Positions 20,823-30,811 are shown, counted from the first letter of the stretch. The stretch: 64,000 bases of DNA from Spirochaetia bacterium (GCA_963668315.1 OY764216.1:1568001-1632000); one strand, 5' to 3'. Notes: a model not told the origin generated them from the letters alone. Program-made: numbers and translations.

Positions 20823-21710
20823 ATGAATAATATTAAGAGAAAGGAGTATGTGGGATACCTCTATATCCTTCCCTGGCTTATCGGGTTCATAGCCCTGACC
20901 ATTGCTCCCTTCATTTCCACCTTCGCATTTTCCTTTACCGATTACTCGGTACTGAGCAGTCCGAAGTTCGTGGGGCTTGAGAACTACAAGACCATGTTCA
21001 CCCTGGACGATCTCTTCCTGAAATCGCTCAAAGTGACCCTGATATATGTTTTCTTCTCCGTCCCCTGCAAACTGGTATTCGCCCTTTTCGTGGCCATGGT
21101 CCTGAACCGGAACATCAAGGGTATCGGACTCTACCGCACGGTATATTACCTGCCCTCCATCTTCGGCGGCAGTGTGGCCCTTTCCGTCCTCTGGCGCATG
21201 CTATTCATGGGCGACGGGCTAATCAACCGCATGCTTTCGGTCATCTCCATAAACGGCCCGGACTGGCTGGGAGATACGCGTTATTCGCTGATTACCATAA
21301 GTCTTCTGCAGGTCTGGCAGTTCGGCTCCTCCATGGTCATTTTTCTTGTGGGGCTCAAGCAGATTCCCGATTATCTTTACGAAGCCGCCAAAATAGACGG
21401 CGCGGGAAGGATTAAGATGTTCCTTCATATCACTCTGCCCCTTCTGTCTCCCATCATCTTCTTTAACCTGATCATGCAGACAATCAACTCCTTCCAGACA
21501 TTTACCGCCGCCTATGTGGTCACGTCGGGAGGTCCCATGCACTCCACTTACCTGTACGCCCTGCTCCTCTACGATAACGCCTTCCGTTATTTCAAAATGG
21601 GTTATGCTTCCGCTCTGGCATGGTTCCTCTTTATGGTACTGCTTGTCGTCACCAGCCTGCTTTTCAAATCGTCCGGCTTCTGGCTGCACTATATGGATTC
21701 GGAGAATTAG
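20823..21710 (+). CDS. Carbohydrate ABC transporter permease
   Basis: Multiple TM helices; EAA motif LYEAAKIDGAG. Confidence 0.95.
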   Translation: MNNIKRKEYVGYLYILPWLIGFIALTIAPFISTFAFSFTDYSVLSSPKFVGLENYKTMFTLDDLFLKSLKVTLIYVFFSVPCKLVFALFVAMVLNRNIKGIGLYRTVYYLPSIFGGSVALSVLWRMLFMGDGLINRMLSVISINGPDWLGDTRYSLITISLLQVWQFGSSMVIFLVGLKQIPDYLYEAAKIDGAGRIKMFLHITLPLLSPIIFFNLIMQTINSFQTFTAAYVVTSGGPMHSTYLYALLLYDNAFRYFKMGYASALAWFLFMVLLVVTSLLFKSSGFWLHYMDSEN

Positions 21711-21712
21711 AC

Positions 21713-22540
21713 ATGAAAAAGAATACCCTTATCACTCACTTTTTTCTTATCCTTTTCGGGATCGTCATGGTCTACCCCCTGGTCTGGCTCTTCATGTCCT
21801 CCTTCAAGGAGACCATGGAAGTCGTTTCCAGCAGCAAACTGCTTCCGACCAAAGTCGTCTTTGACGGATATGCCAACGGCTGGAAAGGCAGCGGACGCCC
21901 CGGATTCGGACTCTTTATCGCGAACTCCTTTTTCCTGACGGCACCCACGGTTATCCTGACCCTTGTCTCCAGCATATTGGTAGGTTACGGATTTTCCCGG
22001 TTTGAGTTCCCCTTCAAGAAGATCCTGTTTGGATTGATGATCGGTTCCATCCTCCTGCCGAACACGGTACTGCTCATCCCCCGTTACCTGATCTTCCGTA
22101 ATTTCAAGGTGCTGGATACCTATCTGCCCTTCTGGATTCAGGCGGCAGCGGGAGTGCCCTTTTTCATCTTCATGTTCGTGCAGTTTTTCCGGGGAATCCC
22201 CAAATCCCTTGATGAATCGGCCCTGATTGACGGCTGCGGTTCCTTTAAGATCCTGATTTTCATCCTGATGCCCCTTATGGCGCCCACGATCTTCTCGGCC
22301 AGTATCCTGCAGTTCATCTGGACATGGGACGACTTTTTCCAGTCCCTGATTTACATCTCCAGCATCGCGCGCTTTCCCGTTTCCCTGGGACTGCGCCTTT
22401 CCATCGATGCCATGGGAATTCCGCCGTGGAATGAGATCTCCGCCATGTCGCTTCTTGCCATGACGCCGCCGATTATCATCTTCTTCTCGGCCCAGAAATA
22501 CTTTGTGGAAGGTATTGTGACGACCGGTATGAAGGGTTAA
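21713..22540 (+). CDS. Carbohydrate ABC transporter permease
   Basis: Start set at MKKNTL (2 nt after the previous stop); IPKSLDESALIDGC; QKYFVEGIVTTGMKG. Confidence 0.95.
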   Translation: MKKNTLITHFFLILFGIVMVYPLVWLFMSSFKETMEVVSSSKLLPTKVVFDGYANGWKGSGRPGFGLFIANSFFLTAPTVILTLVSSILVGYGFSRFEFPFKKILFGLMIGSILLPNTVLLIPRYLIFRNFKVLDTYLPFWIQAAAGVPFFIFMFVQFFRGIPKSLDESALIDGCGSFKILIFILMPLMAPTIFSASILQFIWTWDDFFQSLIYISSIARFPVSLGLRLSIDAMGIPPWNEISAMSLLAMTPPIIIFFSAQKYFVEGIVTTGMKG

Positions 22541-22547
22541 TGAAAAT

Positions 22548-22582
22548 GAGACTGGAGTTCCGCGCTCCAGTCTCTTTTTTTT
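22548..22582 (+). terminator. Rho-independent terminator
   Basis: GAGACTGGAG-7nt-CTCCAGTCTC followed by T8. Confidence 0.9.
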
Positions 22583-22611
22583 AGATCCGGTTCTTAACTC
22601 TGTTTTTTACC

Positions 22612-24285
22612 CTATTTACTGCTGCTCGCTTGTGTCTGCCGGGATAAGTAGTTCTCCAGGAAATCGTCCTGAAGCATCGGTTTGCCGAACAGATATCCCT
22701 GATACTGCTCGCAGCCCATATCATTCAGTATCTGGTATTGGGCCTCCGTTTCAATTCCCTCGGCAACGATCTCGATATGAAGGGCTTTGGCCATATAGAT
22801 AATCGATTCGGTTATAAGCCGTGCTTTATTATCATTTGTCAGATCCGTCACAAAGGATTTATCGATTTTCAGCGTATCAAGGGGATAGTCCCTGAGTTCC
22901 GCAAGGGAGGAGTACCCGGTTCCGAAATCATCAAGGGAAATCTTCACCCCCAGATTTTTAATGGCGTGAAGCTTAAGAAGCGACTCTTTGACATTCTCCA
23001 TTAACCCTGTCTCGGTGATTTCTATTTCAATCAGCCGGGGGGAAAGTTGGTATTTTTCCAGGCATTCCCTGATGAACAGGTGGAAATTGTAATTTTCGAA
23101 TGTGGATGGTGAGACATTGACTGCAACGGGAATTGCTATATTGTAATTCTGAATAAGGTTGGACTGCTGACGGCAGACTTCGTCCAGAACGAATATGTCA
23201 ATCTCTCCTATCAGTCCCGATTTCTCGGCTAAGGGCAGAAACTGGCTGGGATATATCCATCCCTTGTCAGGGGAGCGCCATCTTAACAGAGCTTCGGCCC
23301 CGCAGATCTGTCTCTCCCTATTAAGCTTAGGCTGATAGGCGACAATAAACTCATTGTTTTTGATAGCCCGATACATGTCCTTCTCCATTTCATTCAGATA
23401 GAGAACGGTCTCTTTCGTTTCGTTATGGAAAACTTCATAATCGGAGAGACAGGATTTTGCCCGCCTGAGCGCTTCCTGTGATCTTTCCATAAGCGTATTG
23501 GCGTCAATCCCGTCGTGGGGGAAGAAGGATATGCCGATATCTTTCTTCATCAGGCTTACTTGGCAGAGTGAATCCCCGTAATGGATTTTATCCACAATCG
23601 TTTCAAGGCTGTAAATCGAATTGATACGGGGGATCAGGATAAAATATTCGTTGACGGAATAGCGAAATATGCTGTCGTTACTCCTGAGAATTCTGCTGAG
23701 GTATTCAATGGGATCGGCCGGATCGGAAGAACCGGGGGATAAGAGGTTTTTCTCCTGCTCCCTTATCGGATGGAAGGATACGGCCATGACGACCAGCAGC
23801 TCCTGTTGTTTTTTTGCGGAATAGATGGCATTGCGCAGGGTATCTACAAATATTTTTCTATTGATCAAGCCGGATCTGCTGTCGTGATAACGCCTGTAAT
23901 CGAGGGCGTTCTGGATTTTCCTCTCCCTGTCAGGGTCAGAGAGTATCAGGATAATTCCCCGATAGAGCTCGTCATTCTGCATATTAATCAGGTACAGGGT
24001 ATAAGAGGACCAGCTGTCATCAAAACTAATTCGGCAGGAGAGGGATTTCTGGGTGTATTTTTTTCCCCGGCATGTTTCCTGAAGACATTTCATAAACATC
24101 TTTGTATCGGAATTATGAATTCGTTCTGTGAAATACTTTGTCTGTTCTCTGCCTGTGGATACAAAGGATAAACAGTTGTGAGAGCAGAATAGAATACGGC
24201 TTGCCCTGTCGATAATGAGAAAGGGCTTTCTTATTTTATTTGTAAAGTCATGAATGAGAAACCTTTCTTCGTCTGATTTCGACAT
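22612..24285 (-). CDS. PAS-like + degenerate GGDEF + EAL c-di-GMP phosphodiesterase
   Basis: GGDEF position reads SVNEY; EAL (AEALLR), EITE, DDFGTGYSS, KIDKSF and AEGIE motifs are intact. Confidence 0.9.
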   Translation of the reverse strand: MSKSDEERFLIHDFTNKIRKPFLIIDRASRILFCSHNCLSFVSTGREQTKYFTERIHNSDTKMFMKCLQETCRGKKYTQKSLSCRISFDDSWSSYTLYLINMQNDELYRGIILILSDPDRERKIQNALDYRRYHDSRSGLINRKIFVDTLRNAIYSAKKQQELLVVMAVSFHPIREQEKNLLSPGSSDPADPIEYLSRILRSNDSIFRYSVNEYFILIPRINSIYSLETIVDKIHYGDSLCQVSLMKKDIGISFFPHDGIDANTLMERSQEALRRAKSCLSDYEVFHNETKETVLYLNEMEKDMYRAIKNNEFIVAYQPKLNRERQICGAEALLRWRSPDKGWIYPSQFLPLAEKSGLIGEIDIFVLDEVCRQQSNLIQNYNIAIPVAVNVSPSTFENYNFHLFIRECLEKYQLSPRLIEIEITETGLMENVKESLLKLHAIKNLGVKISLDDFGTGYSSLAELRDYPLDTLKIDKSFVTDLTNDNKARLITESIIYMAKALHIEIVAEGIETEAQYQILNDMGCEQYQGYLFGKPMLQDDFLENYLSRQTQASSSK

Positions 24286-24414
24286 TGATAATTACTCCCC
24301 GATTATACAGCAGGCCGAGTCGCCCCGTATGTACTCTTTCTCTATTTCTATAAGAATCGGTGAGTTATGGGAAATTGGGTAGGTATCACATTATAGCCTT
24401 TGGGGTATCATATG

Positions 24415-25512
24415 CTATCCGTTGATAAAATCCTTGTTATACACGAAAAGGAGCAGCTCCTCCTTCCCCGGGACATGGAATTTACGGTAAATTTTTGTTA
24501 AATGCTTTCTTACGGTGACTTCCGCCAGCTGCAGATCATAGGCTATCTCCTTTACCGTTTTAACTTCAGCGAATTTTGAAAGGATGACTTTTTCTCTGGG
24601 GGTTAGATGGAATCGGGATATGTCCAGGGGGGATTTTACCTCATCCGTCCCGGTCTCCACGGACAGTTTGTCCGCGATTCTCAGCGTCATTTCCCTGAGC
24701 TGGCTTATCTCTTTCTGAAGTTGAATGAGAATATCCCTGTTATCTTCCTTCTCATAGAATGAGAGAAACATCTTATTGCGGCTCTGTCCATAGGAGTTCC
24801 ATTGAAAACGCAGAGCGTTGGCCGACAGGACGACTTTTCTTCCGGTGGGACAGAGTAGAACCGCCTGAAACTTTACGGGTGTATCGACGGTATTTTCGGG
24901 AATTGCCTCCAGGAGGTTTATGGTCTCCTCTTCCATAATCTGATCAAGAAAGAAGAGTGTTTCCAGGGTTTTTTCCGTCAGCCCGAGCTGTGAAATAAAC
25001 GAGCCTTGGGCAATGTTGATCTTACGGGTAGGGGTATCAATTATCAGAATCCCCATTGTTCTCTGTTCCGGGGGGATACTGCACTCTTTATATACGATTT
25101 CGGTGGCTAACCGGCGGCTTATTCTCATATCCTTAGAGTAAAAGCACAGGATTTTCTTTCTGTTGCCAATTTCAGAGTGGAACTGGAAAGCCCTGACTAT
25201 TACAAATATGGCGGAACCGTCTTTTCGGTATATTTTCTTTATGAGAGTATGATCCGGTTTTTCCCCCTCAATCAAACTGTCGAAAGCTTTATTGTTTTCG
25301 TATAAGAAAACAGGGGAGGTGATGCATCGGTAGTTCATACAAAGGATCTCATCCTGAGTATAACCTAACTCATCGGTAAAGAACTGGTTCGCCGAGAGAT
25401 ATGATCCGTCCGAGTCAAGAAGGGCTATGCCGAGATCAGGAATATGATAGAGGGCATCCTGAAGCTTTCTGCTCTTTTGAAGAATGGGAAGGAAGTTGAT
25501 TTTTTCACTCAT
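24415..25512 (-). CDS. PAS-domain LuxR-family transcriptional regulator (paralogue 2)
   Basis: PAS (LGIALLDSDGSYLSANQFFTDELGY); LuxR HTH (LTPRE...KEIAYDLQLAEVTVRKHLTKIYRK). Confidence 0.88.
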   Translation of the reverse strand: MSEKINFLPILQKSRKLQDALYHIPDLGIALLDSDGSYLSANQFFTDELGYTQDEILCMNYRCITSPVFLYENNKAFDSLIEGEKPDHTLIKKIYRKDGSAIFVIVRAFQFHSEIGNRKKILCFYSKDMRISRRLATEIVYKECSIPPEQRTMGILIIDTPTRKINIAQGSFISQLGLTEKTLETLFFLDQIMEEETINLLEAIPENTVDTPVKFQAVLLCPTGRKVVLSANALRFQWNSYGQSRNKMFLSFYEKEDNRDILIQLQKEISQLREMTLRIADKLSVETGTDEVKSPLDISRFHLTPREKVILSKFAEVKTVKEIAYDLQLAEVTVRKHLTKIYRKFHVPGKEELLLFVYNKDFING

Positions 25513-25762
25513 ATTATGTTCTTCTTTTTACTTAGGCTATTATATTTTCCGACCTTCAGTGTCTTTTAAAGTCTGATAATGGCTTCTAATATGCACTATA
25601 GTTCTTTTGATGGGCACAATATAGTCCATCTTTTGTTATAAAACAAGATAAGATTGTTTAAATACACAAAAGATCTGTGACTATCCGATTATCCACCCTC
25701 AAGGATCGTATTTCCGTTGACGGATGAAGGGGGATTCTCAATTTATAGCTAAAGTGAGCAGC

Positions 25763-26866
25763 TCAGCCCGTGGACTCGGACTTCTTGTACTGCAGGGGCG
25801 TGAGCCCCGTGATGTTCTTGAATACCTTGTTGAAGGTCGATTTGGCGTTGAATCCCGAATCCAGGGCCACTTCCAGAATGTTGCAATTCCTGTACTCCTC
25901 CAGGAAGAGCCTTCTTTTGAATTCCTCCACCCGGAAAGTATTGATAAAGTCATAGAAATTCATACCCCGCTCCTTATTTATAATGCGGGAGAGTTCCGTT
26001 CGCGATGTCTTGAGCTGATGGGCCAACGTTTCCAAAGTCAGGGTAGGGTCGAGAAAGAATTTCTCTTTTTCCAAAATCAGTATGATTCGCCTGATCAGCT
26101 CACCGTCGCTTACCCCTTCCCCTTTCCTGCTCAGGGTGATTCTTTTGGTGACACGGTCCATACGGTTCATCCCCACCAGGCCCAGAACCATGATGACCCC
26201 CGTGAGGGAGAGGCTAATGAGGTGGTTGAACTGGTGCAGGGTACAGTCCTTGAAGAGCATAAGGAAGTCGGTTGCCAGAAATATGAGCAGAATCAGGAAA
26301 ATGGACAGAAAGAGAAGAAGCTGCCAGTTGCGGAACATCTCGTTATAGTCCTTCTGCTTCCGGAGCTGGCGGAAAACCGGCCTAATGAGAATCAGGCACT
26401 TAACGCCGTAGTACCAAATGGAAATCTGCATTCCCCCCCATATTATGCACTCTTCCGTGAAGGGACCCCGTCCCGGCTGTACGTAGGCGTCTCCATAGAC
26501 GATCTTTTCCGTTGCCGGGGAGAGGTAGAAGGGAGTCAGATAGGCCAGAATCAGAAGGAAAGGGATGAAGTGGATCAATTCCGGGCCACGTAATCGGGGG
26601 GCGTATCCCATCAGAGCCCGGATATAGAGATACAGAAAGGGACCTATCAGATACTGAGTGGGAATGTAGGATTTTATCAAAATGGGGAGGGTGGCATACC
26701 AGCCTGTGGGGTAGATGACTTCGTAGTTGAGGGTAAGCCCCAGAGAAAGGACCAGAAACCCCAGGAAAAAATTGCTCCCGCTTCGGTTCCTCTCCTTCAG
26801 CAGTAAGAGAAAATAGAAAAACGCCTGGAATATTCCAAACGACGTAATAATTGAGAAGGTATACAC
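25763..26866 (-). CDS. Membrane-spanning AraC-family regulator
   Basis: Multi-TM N-terminus; NFYDFINTFRVEE...ILEVALDSGFNAKSTFNKVFK..TG.TP; GTG start with GGAGAGG. Confidence 0.9.
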   Translation of the reverse strand: MYTFSIITSFGIFQAFFYFLLLLKERNRSGSNFFLGFLVLSLGLTLNYEVIYPTGWYATLPILIKSYIPTQYLIGPFLYLYIRALMGYAPRLRGPELIHFIPFLLILAYLTPFYLSPATEKIVYGDAYVQPGRGPFTEECIIWGGMQISIWYYGVKCLILIRPVFRQLRKQKDYNEMFRNWQLLLFLSIFLILLIFLATDFLMLFKDCTLHQFNHLISLSLTGVIMVLGLVGMNRMDRVTKRITLSRKGEGVSDGELIRRIILILEKEKFFLDPTLTLETLAHQLKTSRTELSRIINKERGMNFYDFINTFRVEEFKRRLFLEEYRNCNILEVALDSGFNAKSTFNKVFKNITGLTPLQYKKSESTG

Positions 26867-27032
26867 GTGTCCTCTCCTTTTTCATTGTAATAGTAAACGA
26901 GTGAAAAGTCATTTTTTTTTGAAAAAAAGTCCCTTTGGATACAGACGGACGAATGATTTCGGGTATAGGTGTAGAAAAGAGAGGGAAGAAAGACAGAAAA
27001 ACGGGATTTTTGTGATTATTAGGGAGAAAAAA

Positions 27033-29585
27033 ATGAAAAGGTTAAGTATACGAGGTTTGTTGGGGACGGTTGTTGTCATGGCATTCATGGCAGGATGCAA
27101 TATCTGGGGACCCGATGATCATGATGATCAGGAGACGATTGATTATTCTGATTATGAAGCGCTGACAGCTCTTGGTTTTAATATGAGAGCGGTTCCGGAT
27201 TGTGTGGATTCAAATGGAAATATTATTAATGCAAACGTGAATCCCCTAGGGGAAACAAGAACGTATTTCACCCATGATTGCGAAATCTTTCTTAGTGGTA
27301 CGAACAGTTCTCCAGAAGGTCCGCAAACCGGTATTTTTTCCGGTGAGGATGGCTCATACAAGTCCCTGGGGAGTGATACTGATAATGCATGGACAAACAA
27401 TTATCATAAGACAACCTGTGCCGACTTGAACGATGATGGTTGTGATGAAGTCATCACTATGTATTACGATGAAAGTAATAGTAAAATGATATTCCGAGTA
27501 CTTGAGTGTAAATATGATGGTAATAATGATGATCAAGAAGTTAATGATGATCAAGAAGTTAATGCTGATGTTACAGAATTGCACGAATTTGAATGGGCTG
27601 TGCAAGAAATGTCTTTACGGGGTAACTGGGGGCGTTATCGTTTGGATCTTGAAGCAGCCGATATTGACGGAGATAACAAGTATGAGATATTAGCCGTTAG
27701 CGGGAAGCAGCTACAAATTTTTGATGATTACGATAATAATTTTGGAGAATTACTAAAATCCCCTGAATACTACGAGTCAATAAAAGGGGATCCAGATGAT
27801 CTATCAATCGTTCGGATAGACTGTGCCGATTTTAATTTGGATGGAAAGGATGAGATAGTTGTTGTTAATGGTACAGTGGCTTTTAATAATTGGTTGATAT
27901 GGCCCGCTAATTTACTGGTTGATACAGATGAAATTACTGCGAAGTTATGGGTTTATGAATGGGAGAATGCTGGTCTTGACTCATTAGTCACTGCAAGGAA
28001 AATCGAGGATTTAGCTTGTGCTGATGTCGCTTGTGGAGATATTGACGGAGATGGAGTTCCAGAAATTGTTTTTGGTGGAAAAACCACAGAACTCTATTAT
28101 TATGAACAATATTCTGCTATTACTGTTTTTATGCATATGGGGGAATTAAAGGCAATGGATGTGGAATTAAGTGCAAGCGGTAATCTGTCAGTTGAAATAT
28201 TGGATTCTAGTTTTTCTTGGCATGATCCTAATCCCGAAATGGAAGGCAAGCTCCAAGTGAGTGATCAATATTGTCTTTCTACCCAGATTGGCGATATTGA
28301 TGGGGACTCCACTAATGAGATTGTCTGCTGGAACTCAGTCATTGTGTACGAAAGTAATCAGTTTTCTTTGAAGTATAGTTTGGAAGGATACAACTGCAGC
28401 ACCGGCGATAATGGTGACGGCTGTTATTTTGATATGATGAGACTCGGGGATGTCACGGGAGATTCCGTGGATGATATCGTATTCGTGGATCCTGATTATA
28501 GAAATGTATTTGTCTCAACCCTTGATACGAACGGAGGTATGACGACTCCCAAAAGGGTGGTTGATCTTAATGAGGATAAGGACAATTTCTGCGGTTCCCT
28601 TTGTCTCCCCGATGTCGATGGGGACAGTAATATCGTCGAATTTAAGGGCCATGAACTAACTTTTACCAAACCTAAGATTTCTACGGTTATTACATCACCC
28701 CCGTACTGGAGTTCGTATAATCAGAATTTGGACAACACAAATCTTGATTTTACAACATTAACGGAAAATGCGACGGAGTCAAGCCACGGCTGGACCGTTA
28801 CGGCTTCGGCCACCGCAGGGTTCAAAAAAGAATTCACCCTCTGTAATGATGTAGGAGCTGAATTTGTGGGTAAACTCAAAGTTACCGGAACTTACGACGG
28901 TTCCTATAATAAAACTTCAACACATTCTGTTTCAACGACTTATAGTTCTCCGCCGGGGGAAGATTATCTCGTAATTGTCACAATTCCCGTTGATGTCTAT
29001 GTCTATGAAGTATTATCTGCGAAAAGTGGTTGTAAAGAGAACGTGGGCGATATTGTCACCATTACCATTCCCCGTGAGGCTATGACTGTTTTTCATTCCC
29101 GGGAGTACTATAATGAGAATAACGGCGATTATACCGATATAAAGGATGATGCTTTGGGGAATATTACATACGGAAATCCTTTCAGCTATCCTACTTATGA
29201 GGAACAGGATGAACTTGTTCCTTCGGAAAATGGTTATAGAACGGACGAAAGTGACGGTATTCCCCTGCCGAGCGGAAGCGGCTCAATTGAGGTGACTGTC
29301 GCCGAATCAGAATCCACTGGATTTACTCATTCAGGTTCCGTAGTGGTGGAAGTGGAGACTGAATGGGAAATTGGTAATTATGTGGGAGGGTTTAGTGCTG
29401 GTGGAGGATATTCCTATACTTGGGAAAACAGCATAACCAAAGGGGTAGAGCTGACTCTCTCTTTGGGAGGAGTATCAGATTATCGTAAGAGTATAGGATT
29501 TACCGCAGGAGTAATGGCCTATCCCAAGGTTTACTATGATCAGGAATTCCTTCTTATCACATGTTGGGTTGAACCATACGAATAA
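27033..29585 (+). CDS. FG-GAP/VCBS-repeat lipoprotein (~850 aa)
   Basis: Start at MKRLSIRG (GGGAG upstream); lipobox MAGC; about 7 repeats of the type ADLNDDGCDEV, ADIDGDNKYEI, GDIDGDGVPEI; AT-rich. Confidence 0.88.
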   Translation: MKRLSIRGLLGTVVVMAFMAGCNIWGPDDHDDQETIDYSDYEALTALGFNMRAVPDCVDSNGNIINANVNPLGETRTYFTHDCEIFLSGTNSSPEGPQTGIFSGEDGSYKSLGSDTDNAWTNNYHKTTCADLNDDGCDEVITMYYDESNSKMIFRVLECKYDGNNDDQEVNDDQEVNADVTELHEFEWAVQEMSLRGNWGRYRLDLEAADIDGDNKYEILAVSGKQLQIFDDYDNNFGELLKSPEYYESIKGDPDDLSIVRIDCADFNLDGKDEIVVVNGTVAFNNWLIWPANLLVDTDEITAKLWVYEWENAGLDSLVTARKIEDLACADVACGDIDGDGVPEIVFGGKTTELYYYEQYSAITVFMHMGELKAMDVELSASGNLSVEILDSSFSWHDPNPEMEGKLQVSDQYCLSTQIGDIDGDSTNEIVCWNSVIVYESNQFSLKYSLEGYNCSTGDNGDGCYFDMMRLGDVTGDSVDDIVFVDPDYRNVFVSTLDTNGGMTTPKRVVDLNEDKDNFCGSLCLPDVDGDSNIVEFKGHELTFTKPKISTVITSPPYWSSYNQNLDNTNLDFTTLTENATESSHGWTVTASATAGFKKEFTLCNDVGAEFVGKLKVTGTYDGSYNKTSTHSVSTTYSSPPGEDYLVIVTIPVDVYVYEVLSAKSGCKENVGDIVTITIPREAMTVFHSREYYNENNGDYTDIKDDALGNITYGNPFSYPTYEEQDELVPSENGYRTDESDGIPLPSGSGSIEVTVAESESTGFTHSGSVVVEVETEWEIGNYVGGFSAGGGYSYTWENSITKGVELTLSLGGVSDYRKSIGFTAGVMAYPKVYYDQEFLLITCWVEPYE
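27524..27564 (+). repeat. In-frame 18-bp tandem duplication (NDDQEV x2)
   Basis: TAATGATGATCAAGAAGT at 27524 and 27542, plus a partial third copy. Confidence 0.9.
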
Positions 29586-29600
29586 TCCCATTCCACATTC

Positions 29601-29622
29601 CCCGGCCGAACCCTCGGCCGGG
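29601..29622. terminator. Stem-loop between convergent genes
   Basis: CCCGGCCGA-ACCC-TCGGCCGGG; no strong U-tract. Confidence 0.55.
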
Positions 29623-29635
29623 AATCCGTCGTAAT

Positions 29636-30811
29636 TTACCCGATCAGCCGCGTCATAATAACCCCTTCGATGGAGTTCATTTTTTCAATCAGCTCCGGGG
29701 TAACGCCGTTGCCGCCGCCGGCTACGTCGATAATATTGTAGGCTATGTCGCCCTTGTTGCGGTTGGTCATGTTGTCGACATTAATCCCCGCGTCGGCCAG
29801 AACCGCCAGAAACTGGCGGAGCATATCGGGTATGTTCTTATTGGCAATGATAAGGCGGGGCCCTTCGCTTCTTTCCATTTCGCAGGCAGGGAAGTTCACC
29901 GAGTTCTTGATGTTGCCGTTCTCCAGATAGTCCTTAATCTGATCCACGGCCATGACGGCGCAGTTCTCCTCCGCTTCGGGGGAGGAGGCGCCCAGGTGGG
30001 GTATCGTGATGATCTTGGGGTTTCCCAATAGTTCCGCTTCGGGAAAGTCGGTGACATAGCAGCTCACCTGTCCCTTTTCCAGCTGTTCCAGAAGCTGTTC
30101 GTTATTAACCAGTCCGCCCCGGGCGAAGTTGAGGATCCGAATGCCTTTTTTCATGGCATCGAATTTCTCTCCGCCGATGAGGCCGCGGGTCTTGTCGTTC
30201 AGGGGAAGGTGGAGGGTGATGTAGTCGCACTGGCTGAGCATCTGGTCGAGGCTGATGGCCTTTGTGATGTCACGGGAAAGTCCCCAGGCGGCATCGACGG
30301 AGATAAAGGGGTCGTATCCCATCACGTCCATACCCAGGCTGCTGGCCGCATTGGCCACTCTGACGCCGATGGCTCCCAGACCGATAACGCCCAGGGTTTT
30401 GCCCATGATCTCCGGCCCGGCGAAGGCGGATTTTCCTTTTTCCACGATTTTGGGAACTTCGTCGCCCTTATCCTTTTCGCCTTGAATCCAGTTGTATCCG
30501 CCGATAATATCCCGCGAGGAGAGGAACAGCCCCGCCATGACGAGTTCTTTAACACTGTTGGCATTGGCTCCGGGCGTATTGAACACGACAATGCCTCTTT
30601 CGGTGCATGCGTCCACGGGAATATTATTAACCCCCGCTCCCGCCCGTCCTATGGCTCTGACTGTGGAGGGGAGCTCCATGTCGTGCATTTTGGCGCTGCG
30701 CACCAGAATGGCGTCGGGATGGGAGATCTCCGAGGCAATTTCATAGTTATCCCGGTCCATCCGGTCCAGGCCCTTGGCGGAAATCTTATTCAGCGTCTGA
30801 ATACTGTACAT
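29636..30811 (-). CDS. serA: D-3-phosphoglycerate dehydrogenase (2-hydroxyacid dehydrogenase + ACT)
   Basis: RAGAGVNNI, VFNTPGANANSV, GLGAIG, NFARG, PHLGAS; C-terminal ACT domain. Confidence 0.85.
   Translation of the reverse strand: MYSIQTLNKISAKGLDRMDRDNYEIASEISHPDAILVRSAKMHDMELPSTVRAIGRAGAGVNNIPVDACTERGIVVFNTPGANANSVKELVMAGLFLSSRDIIGGYNWIQGEKDKGDEVPKIVEKGKSAFAGPEIMGKTLGVIGLGAIGVRVANAASSLGMDVMGYDPFISVDAAWGLSRDITKAISLDQMLSQCDYITLHLPLNDKTRGLIGGEKFDAMKKGIRILNFARGGLVNNEQLLEQLEKGQVSCYVTDFPEAELLGNPKIITIPHLGASSPEAEENCAVMAVDQIKDYLENGNIKNSVNFPACEMERSEGPRLIIANKNIPDMLRQFLAVLADAGINVDNMTNRNKGDIAYNIIDVAGGGNGVTPELIEKMNSIEGVIMTRLIG

Noticed and set aside
26901..27032. ORF-track N-terminal extensions (also 1940-2110, 21620-21712, 33276-33350, 36903-37076, 43138-43212)
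   Set aside because: Downstream starts have an SD or promoter and restore signal peptides or family N-termini; the extensions overlap neighbours or regulatory DNA.
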